Shown: positions 34,153 through 34,247 of the stretch, piece by piece
Numbering within the stretch: the first letter of the stretch is position 1
Layout of the letters: the number at the start of each line of letters is the position of its first letter
DNA from: Saprospiraceae bacterium
GTDB lineage: Bacteria; Bacteroidota; Bacteroidia; Chitinophagales; Saprospiraceae
Direction of reading: 5' to 3'
Assembly (NCBI GenBank): GCA_020849825.1
Contig: JADZFP010000296.1
Location: 1-34,247 of the forward strand
Length of the DNA: 34,247 nucleotides
Made by a program: the position numbers and the translations under genes
Notes under the pieces: generated by a model
What the model saw: the letters and a program-made list of their open reading frames with translations, nothing else
Told to the model about the DNA's origin: nothing
Databases searched by the model: none

Positions 34153-34247
34153 TTTTTTTATCGTCGACTATTCAAAATTTAAATTTACCAATTTGCGGAA
34201 AAGGCGTCTGATAAGGCACTTTTTGCGCATGTCTATTTTATGGACTG

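Overview
All 45 CDS I can support are on the + strand. The window looks like a chromosomal segment of a moderately GC-rich member of the Bacteroidota. The evidence is type-IX-secretion (T9SS) C-terminal sorting domains, TAnnTTTG-type -7 boxes, A/C-rich G-poor leaders without Shine-Dalgarno sequences, and Cys-poor L36 and S14. Layout: (i) 136-5964 holds three secreted T9SS-cargo genes, one a 1084-aa cohesin/dockerin/SprB-repeat protein. (ii) 6119-23114 holds a complete, co-linear S10-spc-alpha ribosomal-protein cluster (rpsJ through rplQ, including secY, map, infA, rpmJ and rpoA). (iii) 23115-24045 is a gene-free spacer packed with nested hairpin repeats. (iv) 24046-34152 holds envelope and housekeeping genes: a lipoprotein, a 1208-aa predicted outer-membrane barrel, a SpoIIM/DUF95-like membrane protein, a DUF4129-like protein, hemW, mscL and a 574-aa secreted/OM protein. 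No rRNA, tRNA, CRISPR array, transposase or integrase was recognised. The most unusual content is non-coding. Four 150-190 nt imperfect palindromes built from the octamer TAATGTGC and its complement GCACATTA fill junctions inside the ribosomal operon that are normally very short. Shorter ATT[A/C]GCACA leaders recur next to other r-protein start codons. Downstream of rplQ, a roughly 120-nt hairpin element is split at its apex by three tandem 131-nt hairpin units. Secondary oddities are an RGG-repeat tail on S3, an acidic repeat tail on L17, a compositionally chimeric T9SS cargo gene, terminator-like hairpins inside the operon, and an orphan minus-strand promoter-plus-terminator pair that could define a small RNA. 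All functional interpretations of the repeats are hypotheses. I could not run folding, homology or copy-number searches.
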